Positions 51,124 to 63,299 of a stretch of 64,000 bases of DNA are shown piece after piece (the stretch's first letter is position 1; the number at the start of each line of letters is the position of its first letter). The position numbers and the translations under genes were made by a program. The DNA comes from Squalus acanthias. Its lineage: Eukaryota. Location: contig CM059438.1 in the NCBI GenBank assembly GCA_030390025.1, forward strand, positions 57,538,001 through 57,602,000, in the 5' to 3' direction. The notes beneath the pieces are model-generated. The model was not told the origin of the DNA and ran no database searches. It saw only the letters and a list, made by a program, of their open reading frames with translations.

Positions 51124-51784
51124 ACTGCTTCCCCACTACCTTTTTGGCTCCTTTTTTAGTTTGTGACAGTATACAAGAGATATCTGAAGCTAATTAAGAA
51201 CATACTATAAGACTTTGGTAAAAGATCGAGCTGGAGCTGTGAGTCACGCTAGTTATAATGTAAAATAAGCATTTAAAATAGCATTACAGTAATATACACA
51301 GTGTGTGGACACAGCTTATCACTGTAATAGTGTTTCTGTGAAACTGTGTAACATAATGGTGTACTATACTGGTGTTCTTACGAAATTAGTATTTAGTATT
51401 AGAACAGGTAGTGTTTGGATCACTACTAGAGGAAGTCCAGCTCGAATTTATGCTATGATGATACTGATATATCAGTTGGCTGAGTTATTATACTTGAAAT
51501 GATGTTTACATTGGACTCACACCAGTTAAAACTGGAAAGAGCCAGTGTTTGATGCTCAGTGATGCTAAATTATGGCCTGTTATTGGTTCCAGCCTCACAC
51601 CCATTAGTATCTAGATTGAGAGGAGGCTTGAATCCTTGATGCCACAGAGGGTTCAATTTTATCTCTTCATTTAAAGTTTGCCTTTACATTGCGCAGCCCT
51701 TCAGGGGCAGTTTTAATACAAAGGGACTATTTCCAGGGACTGACAATGTAGCGTGATGACCTCAATAGTAGAAAAGACAAAAGT

Positions 51785-54700
51785 TATCCTGCGGAGGCAG
51801 CGAACCTGAGCGGGAGCGAGAGTGGAAGCGGAGCAAATAAACAGCGCGGCAGAGGAAGGCCCAAGAGCGAAGGCAGCGGACCTGAGCAGGAGAAACTCAA
51901 CAAAGGCAGAATTTGAAAGGGTGATGTCAGAATTAAAAAGTGACATCAACACAAGGGAAGGAGCTGATTGGCAAGTAGCTGGTAACTGTTTCTAGTTAAT
52001 CAATAAAGTAAAGGCATGGCAGGGCAGCTCAGTCCCGTGGAATGCACATCCTGTGCCAAGTGGCAAGTCTTGGACGCTTCTCGTGTCCTGGATGACGTGT
52101 GTGGGAAGTGTCACCAGCTACAGCCGCTCGAGCTCCGGGTTTTGGAGCTTGAGCGGTGGCTGGAGTCACTGCAGTGCATCCGCGAGGCTGAGAGCTTCGT
52201 GGATAGCACGTTTCAGGAGGTGGTCACACCACAGCTTAAGAGTGTGTAGGCAGAGAGGGAATGGGTGACCGCCAGACAGAAGAGGAGGACCAGGCAGTTA
52301 GGGCAGGAATCCCCTGAGTGAATCTCGCTCACTAACCAGTTTTCAGCTATGAATACTGGTGGAGGCAATGGTTCCTCTGGGGCGTGCAGCCAGAGCCAAG
52401 TCCATGGCACCATGGGTGGCTCAGCTGCACAGAGTAGGAGGAAGAAGAATGGAAGAGCAATAGTCATAGGGGATTCGATAGTTAGGGGAGCAGTCAGGCG
52501 TTTCTGCGGCTGCAGACGTGATTCCAGGATGGTATGTTGGCTCCCTGGTCCCAGGGTCAAGGATGTCACTGAGTGGCTGCAGGACATTCTGAGGGGGGAC
52601 AGTGAACAGCCAAAGGTCGTGGTCCATATCGGTACCAACGACACAGGTAGAAAGAGGGATGAAGTCCCGCAGGCAGATTTTAGGGAGCTAGGAAAGAGAT
52701 TAAAAAGCAGGACCTCAAAGGTAGTAATCTCTGGATTACTCCCGTTGCCACGTGCTAGTGAGTATAGGAGGATAGAGCAGATGAATGCATGGCTGGAGAG
52801 ATGGAGCAGGAGGGAGGGCTTTAGATTCCTGAGGCATTGGGACCGTTTCTGGGGGAGGTGGGACCTGTACAAGCCGGACGGGTTGTACCTCAACAGGACC
52901 GGGACCAATATCCTCGCGGGGGTGGTTTGCTAGTGCTGTTGGGGAGGGTTTAAACTAGCTTGACAGGGGGATGGGAACCTGAGAGTAGATTCAGCAGGGA
53001 GAGAAGCAAAGCTGGAAATGGAAGGCAGAAAATTAGTAAGCGAGTTTGGAAGGCAGAGGAAATAAAGGCTAGAAAATAGACAACAAGGGAGTTTGGCAGT
53101 GCTAAATGGTATATACTGCAATGCAAGGAGTCTAGGGAATAAAACAGATGAGCTGAGGGCACAGATACACACGTGGGAGTATGATATTATAGCTATTACT
53201 GAGACATGGCTGAAAGAATGGCAGCTCAACATTCCTGGTTACAGGGTTTTCAGACGAGATAGAGAGGGGGATAAAAAAGGAGGGGGGGGTCGCAATATTG
53301 ATTAAAGAAACAATTACAGCTGTGAGGAGGGATGATATCTTAGAAGGATCATCAATTGAGGCCATATGGGTTGAACTGAAAAGCAAAAAATGGACAATCA
53401 CACTGCTGGGAGTGTACTATAGACCCCCAAACAGTCAGAGGGAGATAGAAGAGCAAATATGTAGGCAAATTTCTGAGACGTGCAAAAATAGGACAGTAAT
53501 AGTAGGGAATTTAAACTTCCCTAATATTAACTGGGATAAAATTAGTGTGAAAGGTTTAGAGGGAGCAGAATTCTTAAAATGCATTCAGGAGAACTTTTTT
53601 AGCCAGTACGTAGCAAGCCCAACAAGCGAGGGAGCGGTTCTGGACCTAGTTTTAGGGAATGAAGCTGGGCAGGTGGAAAGGGTATCAGTGGGAGAGCATA
53701 TTGGTGGTAGTGATCATAATTCAGTTAGATTTAGCATAGTTATGGAAAAGGACAAGGATAGACCAGGAATAAAAGTTCTCAATTGGGGAAAAGCTAATTT
53801 TACTAAGCTGAGATGTGATTTAGCCAAAGTGGACTGGAGACAGAAACTTGAAGGTAAATCAGTGTCAGAGCAGTGGGAGGCATTCAAGGAGGAGATCAGT
53901 GAGGGTTCAGAGCAAGTATGTTCCCTTAAAGAAAAAGGGTGGGACTAACAAATCTAGAGCTCCCTGGATGTCAAGGGACATATAGGATAGGATAAAGAAA
54001 AAAAGGGAAGCTTATGACAGATACCGAGGGCTCAATACTGCAGAAACCCGAGAGGAGTATAGAAAGTGCAGGGGTGAAATCAAAAAGGAAATTAGGAAAG
54101 CAAAGAGAGGGCATGAAAAAATATTGGCAAGTAAAATCAAGGAAAACCCAATGATGTTTTATAAATACATTAAGAGCAAGAGGATAACTAAAGTAAGAGT
54201 AGGGCCTAGTAGGGACCATAAAGGTAACCCGTGTGTGAAAGCGGAAGACATGGGTATGGTTCTCAATGAATACTTTGTGTCTGTTTTCACAAAAGAGAGG
54301 GACGATGCAGAAATTGCAATCAGGTAGGAGGAGTGTGAAATATTAGATGAAATAAACATAGTGAAAGAGGAAGTATTAAGGGGTTTAACATCTTTGAAAG
54401 TGGATAAATCCCCAGACCCGGATGAAATGTATCCCAGACTGTTAAGAGAAGTAAGAGAGGAAATAGCAGAGGCTCTGACCATCATTTTCCAATCCTCTCT
54501 GGCTACAGGTGTGGTGCCGGAGGACTGGAGGAGTGCTAACGTGGTACCGTTGTTAATAAGGGAGAAAGGGATAGACCGAGTAATTACAGGCCAGTCAGCC
54601 TAACCTCGGTGGTGGGAAAATTATTGGAAAAAATTCTGAGGGACAGAATAAATCTTCATTTAGAAAGACACGGATTAATCAAGGACAGTCAGCATGGATT

Positions 54701-56738
54701 TGATAAGGGAAGGTCGTGTCTGACTAACTTGATTGAATTTTTTGAGGAGGTAACAAGGAGGGTCGATGAGGGTAGTGCGTTTGATGTAGTCTATATGGAT
54801 TTTAGCAAGGTTTTTGATAAGGTCCCGCATGGCAGATTGGTCACGAAAGTAAAAGCCCATGGGATCCAAGGCAAAGTGGCAAGTTGGATCCAAAATTGGC
54901 TCAGAGGCAGGAAACAAAGGGTAATGGTCGAAGGGTGTTTTTGTGGCTGTTTCCAGTGGGGTTCCACAAGGCTCAGTACTTGGTCTTTTGCTTTTTGAGG
55001 TATCTATCAATGATTTGGACTTGAACGTAGGAAGTATGATTAAGAAGTTTGCAGATGATACAAAAATTGGTCGTGTGGTTGATAATGAAAAAGAAAGCTG
55101 TAGACTGCATGAAGATATTGGGCCAGAAATTCAGGTCTCCACGGGTGAGTACGCGCTGTGTACTCACCCGTAGACCCAACGAAAGTGGCGGTTTCGCGCT
55201 TGCACTGCGCATGCGCTGGAAACTGGAACATCCGTTCCCTTGAAGGGGTTCGGAGGTCAAACGCGTGCGCCGGAGAGGCAGCGCGTACGCATCGGACTTC
55301 TGTTTTTTTTTTCCAGGTTTCTCTGTGAGGGTAAGTCCCAGCAGCTGCGCGGGGAAAAAGCAGGCGCAAAGCCTGCTTTTAACAAGGTAAGTGGTGAATT
55401 AAGTAAAATTTTAACATTTTTTCCACAGGTTTATCTTTTTTAAATACTTTAAAGAAAGGTAAGTTTATTTTTAGCCCCGTTAAAAACCTGTAATTTTTTT
55501 TGAAAAATTTAAATTTTGGTTTAAAATAGTTAATTAATGTAATTAATAGTTATTTTAAAAATGTGATTTAAAAAAAAAAAATGTATTTGAAGTTTTAGTT
55601 AGGTTTTGGGGCCGATCCCTATTCATAGATTTGACAGGTCTTCCTGTCAAATCTATGAATGGAGATTCCCTGCTCCGATTGGCTCTCCATGGCCCACGTG
55701 ATCCCAGGGGACGCTTCGAACTAACTATGCCCCTGGGATACGCGAGCACTGCACACCGGCAGCTGGAGGAGGCCCAGGATCGGATCCCACGCAGGCCCAT
55801 AGCACAACAGCAGGCGTGCTAGGTAAGTGCAGGTTGGGGGCTTGCACCCGCGGGAAGCCTCCGACCCGAATTTCTGGCCCCATAATGGACTGGTCAGGTG
55901 GGCAGAACAGTGGCAAATGGAATTCAATCCGGACAAGTGTGAGGTAATGCATTTGGGGAGGGCTAACAAGGAAAGGGAATACACAATAAAAGGTAGGACA
56001 CTGAAGTGCAGAGGATTAGAGGGACCTTGGAGTGCATGTCCACGGATCCCTGAAGGTAGCAGGACAGGTAGATAAGGTGGTTAAGAAGGCATACGGGATA
56101 CTTGCCTTTATTAGCCGAAGCATTGAATATAAGAGCATGGAGGTTATGCTTGAACTGTTTCAAACACTAGTTAGGCTTCAGCTGGAATACTGCGTGTAGT
56201 TCTGGTCACCACATTACAGGAAGGATGTGATTTCACTAGAGAGGGTACAGGGGAGATTTATGAGGGTGTTGCCTGGGCTGGGGAATTTTAGCTATGAGGA
56301 AAGATTGGATAGGCTGGGGTTGTTTTCTTTGGAACAGAGGAGGCTGAGGGGAGACCTAATTGAGATGTATAAAATTATGAGGGGCCTAGATAGAGTGGAT
56401 AGGAAGGATCTATTTCCCTTAGCAGAAGGGTCAGTAACCAGGGGGCATAGATTTGAAGTAATTGGTAGAAGGTTTAGAGGAGATTTGAGGAGAAATTTTG
56501 TCACCCAGAGGGTGGTGGGGCTCTGGCTCTGGAACTCACTGCCTGAAAGGGTGGTAGAGGCAGAAACCCTCATCACATTTAAAAAGTACTTGGATATGCA
56601 CTTGAAGTGCCGTAACCTACAAGGCTACAGACCAAGTGCTGGAAAGAGCTGGACAGCTCTTGTCAGCCGGCACGGACAAGATGAGCCGAATGGCCTCCTT
56701 CTGTGCTGTAAATTTCTATGATTCTATGATATTCTATT
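51785..56738 (+). mobile_element. Near full-length CR1 LINE (ORF1 zinc finger/zipper plus SGNH esterase; ORF2 EN-RT), disrupted
   Basis: CTSC..CGKC (52016), IVIGDSIVR..HIGTND..DGL; YCNARS, AITETW, YYRPP, GSDH, YMDFSK.FDKV, FADD; tail (ATTCTATG)n. Confidence 0.95.
55120..55880. mobile_element. MITE family M2, copy 2, nested in the CR1 RT
   Basis: Perfect 13-bp TIR GGGCCAGAAATTC / GAATTTCTGGCCC; CR1 resumes after it. Confidence 0.88.
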
Positions 56739-56857
56739 TCCACTGAGGTAAGGTGTGGTCTACTGTCTCTTTTGCTAATGTGGCCACGAGACAATAATGA
56801 AGAGTGCTCCCTCTTTCTGCATAATCTTGCAGTAATAAGGCTGTATTTGATACTTAC

Positions 56858-56887
56858 GGCAATCGATCCATGGATGCCTTGTTCCTT
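56858..56887 (-). CDS. Host-gene microexon, 30 nt (RNKASMDRLP)
   Basis: tttctttgtgttcttag|AAGGAACAAGGCATCCATGGATCGATTGCC|gtaagt; symmetric phase 2. Confidence 0.75.
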
Positions 56888-57199
56888 CTAAGAACACAAA
56901 GAAACATCATCAGGAACCAAGTCTTAAAGTCATTCAGCAGGAATTATTGAAACTCTTAGATTCTTCAGCTCCCTTCAAACAACCTCATATTCATCCTCAA
57001 AACCAAAACCAGAAAAATAATTTCATGTTGTTACATTAACATTTTTGTTGATCTCAGAAAGGTAAGTCCCTATAAGACGCTAATAAAGGTTTAATATTTA
57101 ATTACAGTGCACCATGTTATAATTGGGTGGAAACAGACCTCAATTTGTGTAAATAGGCCTCAGTGTGTGAAATCAGACATCAATGGCCCCTATATTTAC

Positions 57200-59330
57200 T
57201 GGGGCAGGTTTTGTGAGCGTGGCGGGGGAGAGAGTAGATTTGGCAAGCTGTGCAGTTTTAACGTCACAGCGTGTGTCTTTTTTTCAAGCAGGTTCCCCGC
57301 CCGGAAGCCAGCCTGATTGATAGGCTTGGCTCCCTGTCGGGCAGGGAATGCTCTGGAGGAGGCCGCAACCCACGAGCAGGTAGGAAGCCTGCAGCTGGGT
57401 TAGTGGTATCATGTGTGGGGGGGTGGGTGGAGGTCCAGATCTTAGGGGCGGGGGGCCTGATCACCGATCCCGGTGGGGGTGGGGGTTCCGATCTCCGATC
57501 CCGAGGAATCTGATCTCCGATCCCGGGAGAGGGGGGTCGATCTCCAATCCCGGGAGAGGGGGGTCGATCTCCGATCCCGGGAGAGGGGGGTCGATCTCTG
57601 ATCGCGGGCGGGGGGGGGGTTGCGATCTCTGATCCGAGTGGTGCAGGGGGGGCAGGCGGTTCGATGGCAGGCAGGGAAACAGGTAAGCTTGATGGGCTGG
57701 GGGAGAAGCACTTCTGCTACTCCTGGCCCACAATCAGTGCTATAAGGGCACAGACCTTTTCCACAAAGCAGTCGTCGAGTCCCTTTATCTGCTAGGTTTC
57801 CCGAGGCTCTTCAAACCCGGTCGGCCAGCGATAAACCTGGAAGACAGGTTAAATATGAGGCATGCAGCCTCATTATAATAATTAAATGACCAACCCGCCC
57901 CCTTCCCGCTTCTATTAAAAACGGAAGTGGGTGGGATGGGGTCGGGTTTGAGATTTGTAAAATTTTTACATCTCACCTGAACCAAATCCACCCGTTTTTG
58001 GGGGTTACATTTCCGGAGTGATTACTTGCACTGCATTTTTCTGCACATGCGCGCCCATTTGGTACCGGGCATGCGCACTTGATGTGATCACGCATGCGCA
58101 GTACCGTACAATGAGGCGGCTGCCGCAGCGGCCTGCTCCGCCACACTCTCCTCCGCTCCATGCGGAGAAGGTCAGGAGCTCAGATTGGGGGGGGCGGGGG
58201 GGAGAGGGGATCAAAGTGGGGGACCAGAGCGGATAGAATGGGGAGAGGGCATCGAAGGCGGGAGGAGGGGGAATTGAAGGGAGGGAGGAGAGGGGATCGA
58301 AGGGGCAGAGGAGAGGAGAAGGGATCGAAGGGGGAAAGAGAGGGGATCGGAGGGGAGAGAGAGGGGATTGAAAGTGAGAGGAGAGGGGCTCGGAGCAGAG
58401 AGAGGAGAGGCGATCGATGGAGAGAGAGGAGAGGGGATCGAAAGGGTCAGTGGGGATGGGGGAAGAACGTGATCCAGGTCTAAAAAGGGGGAAATGAAAG
58501 CAAGAATGTGATCCAGATGGGAAGAGAGATCACATTCTCCTGACTTCTGTTAGGCCCAGATCACATTCTTCCACCCCCACCCACTTTACACCTGCACCAC
58601 GTTCTCCTTCTCCTTCCCCCACCCCCAGACCGCAGTGGCTCAGGAATGCAGCTCACGACCACCCTCTCAAGGGCAACTAGGGATAGGCAATACATTTAAA
58701 AAAATGAGTGTATTCTGTGCAATGTTCCCTGGAAGCAGCCGCGCAGCGCTCCAGGGAACCCGTGCCACCAGCTTGCCAGCTTTTCAATACAAAAAATGGG
58801 GTGGTTATTTGCACAAACAAATTGGAGTCATTCTGCGCGTGTGCACTGCATGGGGGGGCGGAGCCTAACAACCATTCTGCCCCTCCCACAGGAGCCGCGC
58901 TTGTGCACCCGTCATTCCAACTGCGCATGTGCCTACGTGTCCTGTAGGCCCAGCACAAATGCTGGAGCCTGGAGCCCATTCAAAGGCCCAGCTCGGAGGG
59001 GGGGGGAAAGGTCAGGAACTCGGGCCGGGGTGGGGGTGGGGAGAAGTTCAGGAACTAGTTGGGGGGAGGTCAGGAACTTGTTGGGGGGGCGGGGAAGAGA
59101 AGGTCAGGAACTTGCGGGGGGAGGTCAGGAACTCGGGGGGTTGTGGGGGAGGCCAGGAACTCGGGGTGGGGGGGCGGAAGGTCAGTAACTTGTTGCGGGG
59201 GGGTGGGGAGGAGGTCAGGAACTTAGGGTGGTGGGGGGGGTGGGTAGGAGAAGGTGAGAAATTTGTTGAGGGGGAGGAATGTCAGGAACTTGTTGGCGAG
59301 GGAGAAGGTCCTAGCCAGGGTGGGTGAGCC
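57200..59330. mobile_element. GC-rich MITE-like sequences with internal tandem motifs; boundaries unclear
   Basis: Shares GGTTTCCCGAGGC and TTAAAT..CCAACCCGCC with 20530-20640; ~26-bp tandem at 57490-57630; GGTCAGGAACT motifs at 59009-59293. Confidence 0.45.
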
Positions 59331-59610
59331 CTGTCTGTTCTCTGAAAGCAGTAGTGTTAGCGCTGTGATCTCTGTCTGGAGCCTGGCTGTCATAATGAAT
59401 GGATCAAATTACACATTGCAAAGATCTTGATTACTCAGGCAGGATCAAATTACACATTCCAGACAAACTGCTGGGTGTGTCTTGTCCTCCAAAGGGACCA
59501 ATCAGAAATCTGGTCTTGTCATCCAAAGGGACCAATCAGAACTTTGGTGTTGCAAATTCCTCCCAATGTGTGTAAACAGACCTCACTGTATGAAATCAGA
59601 CCTCACTGTA

Positions 59611-60297
59611 ACATAAGAAATAGGAGCAGGAGTAGACCAATCGGCCCCTCGAGCCTGCTCCGCCATTCAATGAGATCATGGCTGATCTGATCCAACCTCA
59701 ACTCTAAAGAACACAAGAAGTAGGAGCAGGACCAGGCCACTCGGCCCCTGGGCCCGCTCCGCCACCCACAGGGCCTTGACCGATCCGAACTCAAACTCAT
59801 GTCCAATTTCCAGCCCGCTCCCCGTAACCCCCGATTCCCTTTACTTCTAGGAAACGGTCTATTTCTGTTTTAAATTTATTTAATGAAGTAGCTTCCACAG
59901 CTTCCTGGGGTAGCAAATTCCACAGACCCACTACCCTCTGAGTGAAAAAGTTTCTCCTCATCTCAGTTTTGAAAGAGGAGCCCCTTATTCTAAGATTATG
60001 TCCCCTAGTTCTAGTTTCACTCATCATTGGGAACATCCTCACCGCGTCCACTCGATCAAGCCCCTTCACAATCTTATATGTTTCAATAAGATCGCCTCTC
60101 AGTCTTCTGAACTCCAATGAGTAGAGTCCCAATCTACTCAACCTCTCCTTGTATGTCCACCCCCTCATCCCCGGAATTAACCGAGTGAACCTTCTTTGTA
60201 CTGCCTCGAGAGCAAGTATGTCTTTTCTTAAGTATGGACACCAAAACTGTATGCAGTACTCCAGGTGCGGTCTCACCAATACCCTATACAACTGCAG
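59611..60297 (-). mobile_element. CR1 3' fragments (two nested tails) inserted in the minisatellite
   Basis: ORF 59797-60336: LVRPHLEYC..VQRRFTRLIPG..WNLLP. Confidence 0.9.
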
Positions 60298-60937
60298 CAC
60301 AGACCTCACTGTACAGACACAGACATCACTGTACAAACACAGCCCTCACTGTAAGAATACAGACCTCACTGTACAGACACAGACCTCACTGTACAGACAC
60401 AGACCCCACTGTACAGACACGGACCTCACTGTACAGACACAGACCTCACTGTACCGACACAGACCTCACTGTACCGACACAGACCTCACTGTACAAACAC
60501 AGACCTCACTGTACAGACACAGACCTCACTGTACAGACACAGACCTCACTGTACAGACACAGACCTCACTGTACAGACACAGACCTCACTGTACAGACAC
60601 AGACCTCACTGTACAAACACAGACCTCACTGTACAAACACAGACCTCACTGTATGAACACACACCTCACTATGAACACAGACCTCACTGTATGAACACAG
60701 ACCTCACTGTACGGACACAGACCTCACTGTACGAACACAAACCTCACTGTACGAACACAGACCTCACTGTATGAACACAGACCTCACTGTATGAACACAG
60801 ACCTCACTGTATGAACACAGACCTCACTGTACAGACACAGACCTCACTGTACGAACACAGCCCTCACTGTACAGACACAGACCTCACTGTAAGGACACAG
60901 ACCTCACTGTACGAACACAGGCCTCACTGTATGAACA

Positions 60938-62100
60938 CATGATGTGGAGATGCCGGCGTTGGACTGGTGTGGACAAAAATGAGAAGTCGCACAACACCAG
61001 GTTATAGTCCAACAGATTTATTTAATTTTACAAGCTTTCGGAGCTGTTCGCTCCTTCTTCAGGTAAGGTAGCTGTGAGAGAATCTCCCAGAATTCACAAT
61101 ATAAACACAGAAAAAATCTATTCAAATCTTTCCCTACATCAAAGACACACTAAGAGCACAGCCAAGACAATGAGATGTGTCCCAGGGGGTCCAACGTGTC
61201 AAAACACCTGCTGGCTGCATATCCTCTCCATTTGTGTTTTTAAAACAAAACCTGGAAAGACCAGCCATGATGTCAAGTCACGTTCTGTATCGTGACATGA
61301 ACCCGATATCGCGATTGAGGCCATCCTCATGAGTGCGGAACTTGGCTATCAGTTTCTGCTCTATGATTTTGCGCTGTCGTGTATCCCGAAGGCCGCCTTG
61401 GAGAACGCTTACCCGTAGATCCGAGGCTGAATGCCCCTGACTGCTGAAGTGTTCCCCGACTGGGAGGCTACCCTCCTGCCTGGCGATTGTTGCGCGGTGT
61501 CCGTTCATACGTTGTCTCAGTGTCTGCATGGTACATCGGCGAGACCATGCAGACACTGAGACAACGTATGAACGGACACCGCGCAACAATCGCCAGGCAG
61601 GAGGGTAGCCTCCCAGTCGGGGAACACTTCAGCAGTCAGGGGCATTCAGCCTCGGATCTACGGGTAAGCGTTCTCCAAGGCGGCCTTCGGGATACACGAC
61701 AGCGCAAAATCATAGAGCAGAAACTGATAGCCAAGTTCCGCACTCATGAGGATGGCCTCAATCGCGATATCGGGTTCATGTCACGATACAGAACGTGACT
61801 TGACATCATGGCCGGTCTTTCCAGGTTTTGTTTTAAAAACACAAATGGAGAGGATATGCAGCCAGCAGGTGTTTTGACACGTTGGACCCCCTGGGACACA
61901 TCTCATTGTCTTGGCTGTGCTCTTAGTGTGTCTTTGATGTAGGGAAAGATTTGAATAGATTTTTTCTGTGTTTATATTGTGAATTCTGGGAGATTCTCTC
62001 ACAGCTACCTTACCTGAAGAAGGAGCGAACAGCTCCGAAAGCTTGTAAAATTAAATAAATCTGTTGGACTATAACCTGGTGTTGTGCGACTTCTCATTTT
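60938..62100. mobile_element. Penelope-like element P4: 1.16-kb near-perfect palindrome with GIY-YIG endonuclease C-terminus and hammerhead
   Basis: YIGETMQTLRQRMNGHR..PVGEHF..E.KLIAKF.T..GLN; arms of ~558 bp around an 11-nt loop at 61533-61543; TSD TGTATGAACACA. Confidence 0.95.
62014..62044 (+). ncRNA. Minimal hammerhead ribozyme core (Penelope type)
   Basis: CUGAAGA - stem II GGAGC/GCUCC - GAAA - palindromic AAGCUU; also at 6449, 14747 and 49756. Confidence 0.75.
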
Positions 62101-63299
62101 TGTATGAACACAGACCTCACTATGAACACAGACCTCACTGTATGAACACAGACCTCACTGTACAGACACAGACCTCACTGTACAAACACAGACTTCACTG
62201 TACGGACACAGACCTCACTGTACGATCACAGACCTCACTGTACGATCACAGACCTCACTGTACAGACACAGACCTCACTGTACGAACACAGACCTCACTG
62301 TACAGACACAGACCTCACTGTACAGACACAGACCTCACTGTACAGACACAGACCTCACTGTATAAACACAGCCCTTACTGTACAGACACAGACCTCACTG
62401 TAAGGACACAGACCTCACTGTACGAACACAGACCTCACTGTACGGACACAGACCTCACTGTACAGACACAGACCTCACTGTACGAACACAGACCTCACTG
62501 TACGAACACAGACCTCACTGTATGAACACACACCTCACTGTATGAACACACACCTCACTGTATGAACACACACCTCACTGTATGAACACACACCTCACTG
62601 TATGAACACAGACCTCACTGTACGGACACAGACCTCACTGTACGATCACAGACCTCACTGTACAGACACAGACCTCACTGTACAAACAGACCTCACTGTA
62701 CAGACACAGACCTCACTGTACGAACACAGACCTCACTGTACAGACACAGACCTCACTGTACAGACACAGACCTCACTGTACAAACAGACCTCACTGTACA
62801 GACACAGACCTCACTGTACGAACACAGACCTCACTTTCCAGACACAGACCTCACTGTACAGACACAGACCTCACTGTACAAACAGACCTCACTGTACAGA
62901 CACAGACCTCACTGTACAAACACAGCCCTTACTGTAAGAATACAGACATACTGTACAGACACAGACCTCACTGTAAGGACACAGACCTCACTGTAAGGAC
63001 ACAGACCTCACTGTACGAACACAGACCTCACTGTATGAACACATACCTCACTGTATGGACACAGACCTCACTGTACGAACACAGACCTCACTGTACGAAC
63101 ACAGACCTCACTGTACAGACACAGACCTCACTGTACGATCACAGACCTCACTGTACAGACACAGACCTCACTGTACAGACACAGACCTCACTGTACAGAC
63201 ACAGACCTCACTGTACAAACAGACCTCACTGTACAGACACAGACCTCACTGTACAGACACAGACCTCACTGTACAAACACAGCCCTTACTGTAAGAATA

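Noticed and set aside
51381..51531. Two candidate minus-strand microexons (44 nt and 11 nt)
   Set aside because: Lengths are not multiples of 3 and the 44-nt one has a stop in the host phase
52349..52933. Cellular SGNH/GDSL esterase gene
   Set aside because: It is the esterase domain of CR1 ORF1, directly upstream of ORF2
3534..56887. Naming the host gene (SLP-76/CLNK-like adaptor, Tec-family kinase, butyrophilin-like)
   Set aside because: No folded domain exon lies in the window and the peptide matches none of these convincingly from memory
59005..59295. CRISPR-like repeat-spacer pattern
   Set aside because: The repeat is only ~12 bp, the spacers are low-complexity G runs, and the context is eukaryotic
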